A stretch of 64,000 bases of DNA from Octopus vulgaris (taxonomy: Eukaryota). This document shows positions 14,379 through 26,640 of the stretch, in pieces. Location: NCBI GenBank assembly GCA_951406725.2, contig OX597833.1:72478001-72542000 (forward strand). The letters are read 5' to 3'. Under the pieces are notes generated by a model that saw nothing but the letters and a program-made list of their open reading frames with translations, had not been told where the DNA came from and did not search any database. Made by a program: the position numbers and the translations under genes. Numbering within the stretch: position 1 is the first letter of the stretch; each line of letters begins with the position of its first letter.

Positions 14379-16639
14379 CACACATACGTCCTTGTCCATA
14401 CTGGTCTGGAAACTTAAATGTTAAATCTGAATGAATGAATATACATGCATCTGTAAAAACGAGGTGGTGGGGGGTCAGATATGAAAGGATGAAATGGATA
14501 AAGCTTACTCTTAGTTTATCTCTTGGAATGTATTTTTACTTTAGAATATTTAAATGTTCCAAGTATTTTAAGCTGGGAATAGAAAACCCTGAATGTCCAT
14601 TGACAATAGACTTCTGACAAAACTAAAATTGAAACTTTCAGTTGTACACAAGTTGCAGAATAGTTTTTCCATGTCATTACATCACCTGTGGGGCACTCTA
14701 TGATTAAAATCTTTGTCTGTGACCATCTTACCTTTATTTATCAGGGATACAGTATCTAGGTCGGTTTTATTCAATGTGTCCTTTTTTTTTCTTTGATAAT
14801 TGGTTAAGTTTTAAAGGGAGATTTGGCTGATGTCTTTAGCATGTCAAGTGAGGTGGAAAATCAAGAGGCCACCATTTACAGGTGAAAATATTTCATAATC
14901 CCTCTTCTCAATTCATTTAATTATTGAGAATAAAATACTGTGATGGAGATCATCATTGTCATTTAACTTCTGTCTTCCATGTTGACATGGATGGAAAGGC
15001 TTGACAGGAGCCAGCAAGTCAGGGGATGGCACCCCAAGTGCCACCACTCCCAATGCTTGTGTGGTTTTGACAGCTGGATGTCCTCCTTAACACAAACCAT
15101 GTTTGTGAATCCTAAACACTTTTGTGTTTCAGGATTCACTAATTAACAGAAACCTCATTATTTTCATACAAACTCATGCCCACAAAAGGGTACTTGTTGG
15201 CATAAAGTGTTAAGATGGTATGGTGAGATTTAGTAGCTATTTCTAGCAGAGAAACCACATACAGACTCCCTTGTCGGTTGTGTAGCCCTAGTTAAACCCT
15301 GATCGAACAGACCAATGGAAGGAAGGTCAAACAACTGCATATGATCTACAGATTATTATTATTATTATTGCAGATCCACCCCAAATCTGTCTCACGGACA
15401 AAAACAAACTCTGCATTTGGCTACAACTGGATTTAATCGTATTGCATGACTGTTTAAACGAGTCATCGTCTCTCTAATGGCTGCAGTAAGAGACAGAGAG
15501 ATCCTGTTAATTAATTGGGCAGAAAATCAACTACTTTCAAACATTTCAGGTCATCTAAACCAATGAAAGGGTCTCTGTAGGGCCCATCGCCTCCCAAATC
15601 ACATGCACCATTTTAAAAGGGGAAGGGAATATTAGATAATGAGGTTCCTGAATTTACTCTGAACACCAGATAAGATGACCTGGGTTTCCGGGGTAACGAT
15701 CTCGGGTCATCCAAAAGTCAAGAACACTTATCTGATAATGTTGCTTGCAAAGGGAGTCCATTATCTTATCTGGGGCAGAAGGATTTCCCTCTTGCCTTTC
15801 ATTTAAAAATTAAACGAGCAGAGCAATTACAAGGCTCCTCAGACTAATTAATGTCTGGCATATATTGTAATATACGCTGACATTAAGGGTGTCAAGCACT
15901 TCCTTGCTAGACACCCTTAATAACATCCTATGTTACATCAGTGGAGCACCCTGATGTGTTTATTTTTGTTGTTGTTGTTTAGCTCCAAATGTGAACTAAT
16001 CAAGAAGAAAACCTACAAAGACCTTCCAACTGTGACTATCCCCTCTTTCTTTTTTCTAGCCAAGTGTATTTACAACTACATTACCCAATGTGGTATTTCC
16101 TTTCTTATGCTTGATTTGAGGAATATTTGGCTGTTATTTTCAACAGATCAATGAACCATGTAAAGGGAAATCCCAGGTCAGCCCTACCTGAGCAGGCCTA
16201 TTATCAAAGGGGTTCTATTGTTCTAGAGCATCTAGGACCACATTATCCAATGTGCCATGCCTTTTCTTTATTGAAGAGGACAGGTTTAGTCCCACGGCAC
16301 AGCACCTTGGCTGAGTGTCTTCCACCACACCTCTAAACTGACCAAAACCGTAAAAGCCGATTTGGAAAGTGGAAACTGAAAAGAAGCCCGTCATAATAAA
16401 TAAATGTGGGTGCATGAACCTGTCTCCTTTTGTGCACTAATTGCAAGCAATGCTGGTTGTTTGCAATCTCTCATGAAAACGAGTGTGGAATATTATTTCC
16501 TTGCTTGGAAACCGGTGACAGTTGGCAATGAGAATGGCCTCTGGCTGTGGAAAGTCTGCTTCAACAAATTCCATCAAAGCCATGAAAGCATGGAGACGCA
16601 GACATCACGATAATGATGATGATGATATTAAGGCCTAAG

Positions 16640-16874
16640 AAGGCGGCGAGCTGGCAGAAACGTTAGCACACTGGGAAAAATGCCTAGCAGTATTTCGTCT
16701 GCCGTTACGTTCTGAGTTCAAATTCTGCCGAGGTCGTTTTTACCTTTCATCCTTTCAGGTTCGATAAATTAAGTACCAGTTACGCACTGGGGTCAATATA
16801 ATCGACTTAATCTGTTTGTCTGTCCTTGTTTGTCCCCTCTGTGTTTAGCCCCTTGTGGGTAGTAAAGAAATAGG
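16640..16874 (+). mobile_element. Full-length tRNA-derived SINE (Nin/Deu-like core) with 14-bp target site duplication
   Basis: TSD TATTAAGGCCTAAG at 16626-16639 and 16875-16888. A-box TGGCAGAAACG and B-box GAGTTCAAATTC. Confidence 0.88.
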
Positions 16875-17178
16875 TATTAAGGCCTAAGCTGTATAACAAT
16901 AACAAACACAAGAATCAGTTTTTGTGGCTGAGGGAATAGGAATATGGTTTGCCTTTCATTTAGAAATAAAGGTCCCTAGTTCGAATCCAGTTTGGTACCA
17001 TTTATACATACTTGTAAAGAGCAAACCAACAGAAGCATAGTGTAGATATAAAACATTTATAAAAACCCCTATTCATTTGTCTGTGAAGAAGGGACCAACA
17101 GAGGACATTTATGATGGTTTGGTAGCTTATCTGAGCGAATTAAGAATTTAATAAAGAAAGAAAGCCATTTGCTCTTAC

Positions 17179-17252
17179 CCTTCTTTCGGGTAGATCAGCT
17201 TGACGTTCACTTGATGATATGTTATCAACTCTCCAGTTTTACTTGCAAAGAT
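17179..17252 (-). CDS. GK: Glycerol kinase coding exon 2 (IFASKTGELITYHQVNVKLIYPKEG)
   Basis: Acceptor ttctcttgacag, donor GG|gtaaga, 74 nt, phase 0/2. Matches the HQ...YPxEG segment of glycerol kinases. Confidence 0.93.
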
Positions 17253-20026
17253 CTGTCAAGAGAAAACAATGAAGTCTTGTTAGAAGAAAGCAAAGCATTA
17301 AACATTACTGACACACCACCACAACCCTCATTACTACTACTACACAAGGGACAACCATTCCCACAAGAAACGAAGAGAGAGATGTATGAAACAAATTCTG
17401 TACTGACAGTCGTCTTCCCTGAAAATCTCAAATTTACAAGCAGTGAGGTTATTTTGTTCACAAATCATTGAAGTTACAAAGCCATTTACACTGAGGTGAA
17501 ATAATAAAAAAATTACATTTATTTAAAAAGAAAAACTGGTAAGGGTTAGTAACAGGAAGGGCATCCAACTGTAAAACAATGCCTCCATAACCCACTCCTC
17601 TAACCCCTGCTGGCAGAGAAAAGCAGACGTTCAAATGAAAAGATGAGATGGACATGGTCAGTAGGGGCCATGTCTAGCGATGGATCTATTTCGGGTCAAT
17701 AAATCTGATTGACTAAAAAATCTTGAGAATTTCGAAAACTGTTTGAAATTACAAACCCAGCTTTAAACTTTTTGATCCCATTAAACATCAATGAAAGGTG
17801 GAATGGGTAGGAGGCCTTTCAATGTGGCACATGTATTCCTGCATGTTATACATGTGCACACACACACATTCCAACAAGTTAGCAGGTGTAAGGCGTCAGT
17901 ATTGAATAATATAAGGGAACTCCATTAACGCTTTACATCACTGCCATCTTTATTGAAACAACAAAGCTGAAAGTTCAAATGATCCCAATTGAGCCCTTGG
18001 TCACCTGGAGGCTGCGATCAGTGGAAGACAGATTGTAAAGATCTTCAATGTACACATTTCTACCATTTATTACCTGCAGCATTGTGCCAGAGTCGCTGGG
18101 ACTGCAACTGATGGCCCACAACTCAGAAAACTTCAGATCACAACAGCATAAGACAACTTATGCAGGGCAGCATTCAAAGAGTTAAGGACAGTTCTACGGC
18201 TGCCTGAACACCCCCACGAATACACCAGCATCAATATTGTCTACCTCCATCAGAATGTCTGGTAAATAGGTATGCTCTACAGTTGTAACTAAAAGACATT
18301 CATAGACTGAACTCCAGTGGGGCCCCTAGCAGGTTTAGGTAACCCTGGGGAGGTGTCCTGCTCTAAGACAAACGTCCCTTTTGTGGTAACAAGGTTTATG
18401 GTTGAGTTACAAATATGATGTTGACAAGAATTGTTTAATGCGGCCTGTGTAGTTGAGAAAGACCCACGGGGAGTTCGAAATCTCCACGGGGAGACAAGTT
18501 TGAAATATATCAAGTTTTCTTCAAAAACATTAGTTCTAGTTGTAGACATGAAGGTAGATGCACATTGTTACATTAAGCAGGTATCAAGATTGCATGATCT
18601 GTTCTAACTACAAGCTATCAACCAGATGTGTATCTCTGTTCCCAGGATTAAACGCCTGGTGAACGGTCACCCGTGCAAATACTGGTCACGCCCCATTATT
18701 GGTGTTTCTAAGGTCCACTTATTTGAGTGGCACGTTCAAAACTATCAGTCACTTCTTGAAAATGGTTCGGTTCTTATTTTCATACATTCAACAAAATCTT
18801 TTGTCTAACGTTTGCTTAAAAGTTTCAGAGATACCCCCCCGCCATTGGCTTTTCGAGTTATTTTTATGGAAGTTTTATACAGAGCAAGAGACACCCAACT
18901 GATATATATATATATATGTGTGTGTATATATATGTATAAATGCGTGTTTGTAGCTCTCTCTACATTCGATTTGATATGCTACATATGTGTGGAATAATAA
19001 AAGAAGACTTGAGTTAAGAGCTAAACGAAGAAGGGTGGGACTTCTGTCGAGATATGAATCACTGGCCGTCAAATAGAAAACGAATCCATAAATACTGACA
19101 CAAAGACAACGTTTTCGGTTTTCCTTCATATTTTATGGCTGTAAAAACCACAAAAAAGGAAAATACGAAAAAGCAAAACACAATATATTTTAAATAAAAG
19201 TGTTTTTTATCGTTAAATATAAAATACGTATTTAATGGAAATAATATTGTTTGGTCGAATAAAGAAGTCGACGAAATTGTTTTTGAAAGTTTAAAACAGA
19301 AGAATTCTTGTTTTGTCTCCCAAAAATAATAATTCGGTGGATCAAGAAATACTTGGATCTTTTAAACTAAAATATTTTATTAAATTACATTTTTTCATAA
19401 ATTAACAAAAAAAAAAAAACGACTGAAGCGAAATTTTTCTTTTAGAAAAACAATAAAGCAACGACTGTCAGGTTTTATTTCCTGTTTGAGGGTGAGGGCC
19501 ACAATAGGAAGGGTTTCCGTGCTTAAGTGGTCACCAGGAAGGAAATAATTAACGAAATTAAGACCTTCTCCCGGGGACTTGACTGGGATTTTATCTTTTC
19601 TATCGTTCGACCCTTTCTGTTTCTTTCATTCTTTCAGGGGTCAATAAAATAAAATAGCAGTTAAATACTGGTGCGATATTTATTGCGATTCTCGCAAAAC
19701 ATCCAAGAAGTGAATGAAAGAGGAAAAAAGAGGAAGAATGGAAGAATGAAAGAGAAATTCTTGTGAAGAAGCAAAACAGAAATAAGAGAATGGAGACGAG
19801 TGTCTGTCTATCTTTCTATCTTTCTATATATTGTGTGTGTTTGTAGGATGAAGATTTATTGACACGGTTTATAAAATAGAAATAAAACCCTAATTTAGCT
19901 TTTAAAAAAAACCCAAGGAAATATAAATGTAAAAAAAAGGATAAATCGAAAGAAATAAGGCAAAACTGATCGCAAAAGACACCGGTTTGGGAGGAGAGGA
20001 AGATTTTGATAAAGAATTGAACTTAC

Positions 20027-20095
20027 CAGAACACGGGTACTGCTGGTTCCTTGGTCTATGGCCCCAATTAAGGGGCCGTAAGAGGTGAGAGCCAT
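20027..20095 (-). CDS. GK: Glycerol kinase coding exon 1 (MALTSYGPLIGAIDQGTSSTRVL)
   Basis: ATG at 20095, DQGTSSTR phosphate-binding signature, donor CTG|gtaagt, 69 nt. Confidence 0.96.
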
Positions 20096-20179
20096 GGGAG
20101 GGTTTCTATGGTCCTTTAAAACAGAGAGAAGTGAGGGTTCGAACCTCTCTCTCTCCCACACAAAACCAGTTTCTTTGCC

Positions 20180-20240
20180 TCGACACCGCGCGCGCGCGCA
20201 CGCTGTTGACCTGGTGACCTTGGCTGTCACGTGACCTGCT
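20180..20240 (-). promoter_or_regulatory. Putative glycerol kinase proximal promoter (CG tract, AGGTCA direct repeat, GTCACGTGAC E-box)
   Basis: (CG)n at 20187-20199; TGACCT at 20207, 20215 and 20232; GTCACGTGAC at 20226-20235. CpG-retaining region 90-140 nt upstream of the ATG. Confidence 0.55.
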
Positions 20241-21595
20241 CGAAACCGCGCACTTGCCTCGCTTTCCCTTTATTTCTTATTCTCAATGGTTATCTGGAGA
20301 TCTCGAGTTCACATCCACCCCACGCTCCGTATCAAACTTTATTTATTAATAATCGTTGTTATTCTAACAGATGGCGGAATCGTTTGATCGGCAGCGAAGA
20401 CGGCTTTACCGCATTCGTTCTGATTTCACATCCTCCCGACGTCCAAATACTAAAGTACCCCACGAGGGAATGACCAGCCTCCCTCGTTCTTCAAAAGAAA
20501 ATTCCTAATCTTGTTCCTAAATCAGAAACCGTTATTTTAATCCTGAATAACTCTGCTGTTTCTCTCTTCTTCTTCTTCTTCTTCGTTGCTTTCGAGGCGG
20601 TCTTTGGTCGCCGACCGAAAACCTTTCCCTTCTCTGCTTTTTTCATAATAAACTTTGCAATTTTGGTAACGAAGTAAAACCAATTGAAAATAATCTGGGA
20701 ACCAACTTTTTCCCCTTTCTCTCCTCCTGAAAAACGAAAACACAAACACACACTCTCTCTTTTATTGTTTATTTTTGTCATATTCGCAGCAACTCATTTG
20801 TCGAGCCAGGGAGGAATCCTCTATGTGGTCATTCGACCTACTAAAAACAGCAGCCAAATCTCCCTTCAAAATTAGATTAGGGATTCTTGATGTGAATAGA
20901 AATGTGATAGACGATGATGTAATTCTAGAGACACTCGAAAAAGACAATCGTCACGGATGGAATGCTTCTGATCAAACGTTTGCTCCGTTAAAATAAAACT
21001 CATTCTACCGAGCTAATATGGGAGCATTTATGCAGTCGTTCGACCTGTTAGAAATAACAGCATAACCCTCATGCTTCTGTAGTTTTCAAAAAGAGTAGTG
21101 AAGGCACATTAGACAATAAAGTCCCTCATATAGACAAAACGGTCACGACTGGAGAGTGCTTGATCACAGGTCTTTTCGATGAGATCTGATCTAGCCCTAA
21201 ACAACAAATTCTATCGCTTTTTTTTTTTTTACCTCTTCGATCTTTTTTCCTTCAAAGACGAAGATATAATTTAATCTCTTCGAGATTTACTTTGCAGTCT
21301 TTTTGAGATCGATAAAATAAAGTCTCAAACAAATCCTTGGCATGATTTTGGTCGCCTATATCTTCCCCTAAAATTTAGGGCCTTGTATCAATGTTTAAGC
21401 TCATTTGTATTTACTGTATTCGGAAAATTGTTGCAAGCAATTAGCATTAAAATAGCTGAAATTTTGGTAAAAACACTGCAACTCGAAAGAGAATTCCTAG
21501 AAAAGTTTCGAAAGAAGTTAAAAGCAAATTTGGTGAAGGTGGAATTAAAAACATTTTATTTTTGACAAAAATCGTAAACTGTTGTTAGTGTAAAG

Positions 21596-21916
21596 CAGAG
21601 GTTGTCAAACTTTTGGGGTCATCGCCCCTCTCATGCTCACATAATACCCTCAGCGCCCCCACCCCCTATTTTTATGTGTAAATAAATATTTTACTAATTT
21701 ATATAAATACTATGAATCATTTGGTATTTAATATAATATTATATAATTTGTATACAATACTATAAGAATATTATAAATTCATAAGCGTCCCCTAATCCAC
21801 TGCCTTCCTTCCAACGTCTCCCCTTTCTCTACAGCTCCCTTAGACACCAGCGCTCATCTGGACCCTCTCAATGCCCACCGGGGGGGGGGGTGTAGCGCCC
21901 ATTCTGAGAACCTATG
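21596..21916. mobile_element. hAT-like non-autonomous DNA transposon
   Basis: Imperfect TIRs CAGAGGTTGTCAAA / TCTGAGAACCTATG. The flanks share TGTAA, a possible degenerate 8-bp TSD. Confidence 0.5.
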
Positions 21917-24834
21917 CTGTAAGCTTAACCTCCTCCTCCCCCCCAAAAACTTGAGAAAATGTTTGAAAATAAAAGTAGGGTTAGGCGGGGGGGGTACCTA
22001 TTGGAGAGGGCGAAAAAGGGGTCAGTTTTTATATTTATATTTTATCAGTATATGCCGAAAGAAAACTGGAATAATAATGGTTTCAAATGTTGTCATAAGA
22101 CCGGCAATTTCGGGGGAGAAGTTACCCCAATCCCCCGTATTCAACTGGTACTCATCGACTCCGAAAAGATGAAAGCTGAAATATATATGGAAACAGGAAG
22201 ATTAAACGATAAATTGGGTTTTAGTGGGATTCGAACTGCGAAAGTAAATGGCCATAACTAAGCACTGTTTGGCGTCTTGCCTAATCTTATAACGATTCAA
22301 AGGAGTCAGGAAAGAATTCCTTCAGGTTTCGTGGATTCCTTCAGCTGTGTGGCAGAGTGTGCGTGGGGGGTGGGTATGTGTGTGTGGGTGTTATATCAAA
22401 TAATGATTTTGCTTCAGATAAAGTTATTGTCGATGTGTTTGTTTAGCCCTAGGTCTGTCCTGATTGAGCAGAACGATATCCAAAGACATTCAAACCATTA
22501 CTAATGTATCCTTCCTTTCCCTTTTTTTGAGGGGTGGGGATACATGACTTTGCCTTTCGTCTTTTGAGGTTTGATAAAATAAGAATTGGTTGAATAATAG
22601 AGTCCGCAGGGGCTGGATCATGTCACCTGTGCTTGAAAGTCCAACCATGGCCATTTGACAGAAATGCTGTATTCACTAGCGTAGCTAGAGTGTGTGCCGC
22701 CCGGAGCGGCCCTTCCGTCTGCTGCTCCAAGACTCCACAAAAAACACATATTACCTACTGCAGACCCAAAAGTGACGCCCCTTTAAAAGCGCCGCACTAG
22801 TGTCTGTGTTCACTGCATTAACCCTACTCTTATGAAACACCTCATAAATCTCAATGGAAGCCTCCTCTATTATATATCAATTAAGGCCGATTTTACCAAT
22901 CAGTTTGGCAGTTGGGGGTTCAACAGCCTGATTATGTAACCCTGACCTATTTGAGCCTGACGAGCAACGGTTCTGCAACCAAGCCTCCGAAACTTCAAGT
23001 CGCAGGGGGGCGGGGGAATCACTCTGGTTTAAATAATACATACATAGATATCTCTATCTATCTGTCTGTCTGTCTATCTATCTATCTTTTTATCTATCTA
23101 CCTCTATCTATATTTATCTATCTATCTATCTATCTATCTGTCTGTCTATCTGTCTGTCTATCTGTCTATAGTGGCTAAGGGCACTAGTCAGCATCACTAT
23201 TGCTAGAAATGAGAGTCAAAACAACTCTGACGTCTATATTTCTGTATTTTGGTTGTAAATTGCGAATAAGTCACTTTTATTATGTATGTATGTATGTATG
23301 TATGTATGCTGCGCGCGTGTGCGTGTGTATGCAGCGCTCGCGCGCGCAGGAACTGAAAGTGTGAGGTTTGTAGGTTAAATCTTTGAAAACTAATTAAACA
23401 TTTTCGCTTCGTGGATGTTTTCCGTTTCGTTCAAAGAATCTGATACACTTCGACTGTGAAATATCACAGATATTTAACTTATATATATATTTTCTTAAGC
23501 AATCGCTGTTGCCATCACAACAGCTTGTTGCTACGGGCAACTGTGTGTAGCAGGGTGGGACGGGGGTAGCGATAGACGGTAAGCTGGGCTTTTTTTAAAA
23601 ATAAACTCTGGCAGGGAATGAAACAAGGACCTCCTCCTCGGAGTAGATCGAGTTGTTTGTTGTTGTTGTTTCCGTCCAGACCAATCTTGATTAAGCTGGT
23701 TTATTATCAGAAGGCGTTCCAGTCCTGACCTCTCTGCTTTTTTCTTTTCTTTTCATTTATATGTACCTTGGACTATATTCTCCAATGTGACCTTCATGAT
23801 TATTTTTATAAAACACACACAGACACACGTATGTCAACATACATAATTACATACACACACATACATACATATATATATATACACACATACATGCATATAC
23901 ACATACATTTGTATACACATTTACATACATGCAAGCTCTCAACCTGGTCCTATGATGCACACATGATCAAAGACATTCCAGCCATGACTATCTTGTAGAT
24001 TTTTGTGGGCATAGTGTATCAAGGAGTGAAATATCCAATGTCTTTCCTTTTTAAAAATAATCAGGAGTGATTTAGTTGCTATTTTTAGCATGATGAGTGA
24101 CCAATTGGTGGTTCTCTATTGAATCCTTCTATATTTCTTTTAAAAGTTGGACCCTTTTCCTATCAACTTACCTGAAGCTGACCCTGGTTCTGTCATACAA
24201 ACTCTGGGTTATGATAAAACCTTTCACCAAAATTTCTGCATTTCTTTGCATCCCAGTCGGAGATGCTGAGCTGGGAAAATGATTGCAAGTATTTTGTCCA
24301 TCTTTGGGTTCCAAATTCAAATCCTACCTACGTTGAGTTTGCCTTTATATAAAATAAAATACCAGTCATATCCTGGGGTCTATGTAATTGACAGGCTCCC
24401 TTCCCCCAATATTGCCTGGCTTTATACCAGTCAATATTGGGTATGGAGGTGGGAAGATGCGGGGTTCTTGGCAGGAATGTAGGAACAGGAGCAGTTCTAA
24501 AAGCCTGAGCCTGCTGTGATCCAGCATGGCCAGTAGTGGTGGTGGTGAATGACAGAGTAAATGTTATGTTAATGCTGTGCTTGCTGCAGATCCTCCTTAC
24601 TCGTCTGCTGGAATAGGTAAGACAGTATAGCACAACACCTGTTTCACATCTTGCAAAAGATCTCGTAATTTAATAGCATCAGTGAGTTCTAAATGCTTCG
24701 TGTTCTCAACACCTGCATTCACACACACACACACACACCACATACATGCACACCACATACATACACACACACACTCAACTGTTTTAAGTATGTCCTCACT
24801 TTTTCTTTTATTAATATTCTTCCTAGAAGGAAGG

Positions 24835-25278
24835 AGTTTCCAACAAACACACAAAAGCTCCAACACTGGAATTTGGATAACAATAATGGTAAGTGTTGCA
24901 CATTGAACTTTGAGGAAGTCTCATATATTTTTACTGTTCCACTTACAGACCATTTCTGTAAAGCTTGTGTCTTTCTTTATTCAAAATCCTTTGCTTTTTT
25001 CTCTTAGACTTTCACTAATATAACCAAATGCATCATTAATTACTGGTATAAATGCAAATTTATAATCTGGGTAGAAGAGCTACAACTTTCAAACAGTTGT
25101 CTATAAATTTTCTCCTTTCCACCAATATCGGAAGGGACATTCACCTCTGCAGGGCAACCAACCTCCACGGCTGTACAGAACTTTTCTTTTCTGTCCCAAA
25201 TAATTATGTTGGGTCTCTTTGAAGTTTTGATGGGAATATTTCACCAATACTCTTTGTGCTCTGAATGTATTCCATAGT
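24835..25278 (-). mobile_element. Decayed C-terminal restriction-like endonuclease of an R4/Dong-type non-LTR retrotransposon
   Basis: Remnant KEYW*NIPIKTSKRPNIIIWDRKEKFCTAVEVGCPAEVNV...KEKIY..L...YPDYKFAFIPVI, a PD..E..K-type layout. Confidence 0.65.
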
Positions 25279-26289
25279 GGAGGCGTTGTTTATACTTATC
25301 TTGGAGCAGTCTTTTCTGTGGTGTGTGTGTGTGTTAGAGACATCCCATGAAACTCCAATGAACCCTCAAAGCTAATGTGGTGTGAGTTCATCAGAGCCCC
25401 AAGCATCTGGTATTTTCAAAGTGATTGTGTGTGTGTGTTTATTTGAACCTTAAACAGAACTGAAACAATAAAACCCAAAAATGTTCACATACTAACACAC
25501 ATAGCTTATACTGCAGGAATTTCCCTTTATCAAGGGAAATCGCCGTAGTTTCAGCACCTTCTGATAAGACCACTCCATGATGCTATCAGGGAATGTTCTG
25601 GTTCTTCTCACTCACATCATGGCACACTTTTTCATCCTGTTATTGATGGAGTCATCCAAAGAATGTTTTATTTTACCAGTTGTTGAGAATTTGTTCAGAG
25701 TTGCTAACACACTTTTCTACCTTCATGTCATTGGCATATTTCAGTTTCGTCCCTTGGCGTCCATAATGCATAAATTTTACTGACCAAAAAAATTATTTAT
25801 GTTCTTTCAATATTTAAAAAAAAATTGTCAACTAATCAATTCGATTGATGAGGCCTAATTAGGCTGAAACTTGTCCATAGTTGCCCCTTGTTTGAACAAA
25901 GATAAAGTTTTTTGTCTACTGAATTTCCAGTTTGAAGTCTTCATCATTTCACTGACATAAAAAGTGGTGAGATGGCAGACTTGTTAAAGCATCTGCCTTC
26001 TCCTAGTTCTTTATATTTTGAGTTCAAATCCCCCTGAGGTCAGCTTTTCCTTTTGGGGTTATAAAATAAAATACCAGCCATGTATTGGGGGTGATGGTAT
26101 CAATTAGTCTCCTCTCCTCAAAATTGTCTTGTACCTAAATCAGGAACCATTACAATGCACTGATGTATTTAAACCAGTTATATTTCATGAACTTGGTTGA
26201 AAAGAACACTTAATTTCTTAAAAATATATTCCTTTTGAAATATGCTCACAATTGCTGCTGGGTTTTTTGTTTTGGGGAAAATCTCAATT

Positions 26290-26640
26290 ATCCTTGCACG
26301 TGACTTGATCCCTTAACATCTTCATCATCAACTTCTGTCTTGGTCATGTGATTTTGCATTGCATCCAGCAACATCCTGTGTTTGTATGGAACTGGTTGAT
26401 GAAGGATTTTTATAAGACAGCCATTCTGTGTCGACCCATGTTGCAGTATCCATAGAAACGTATCATTAACGAGTTCTTGATTAGCCCCCAAGCAATGTCT
26501 TCTAAGGTCGCTGGTGATTTTAGGACTGCCTTCTTTGTTTGAATGATTTTCATGAGATATTCAGAATGGTGTGTAACCTGAGCGTGTAAGTGCTGACAAA
26601 CTTTGCTCCCAGATGTTTGGTCAGTGTCCAAGCAAGGGAT
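26290..26640 (-). mobile_element. Decayed RTE-like LINE C-terminal fragment
   Basis: Remnant ELVNDTFLWILQHG resembles the RTE HCWR..ELVSD.LLW.P.HG region. Confidence 0.45.

Noticed and set aside
19895-20230. 111-aa ORF as the full glycerol kinase first exon
   Set aside because: It starts at a non-ATG codon in the promoter and reads through the gtaagt donor. Only 20095-20027 is homologous.
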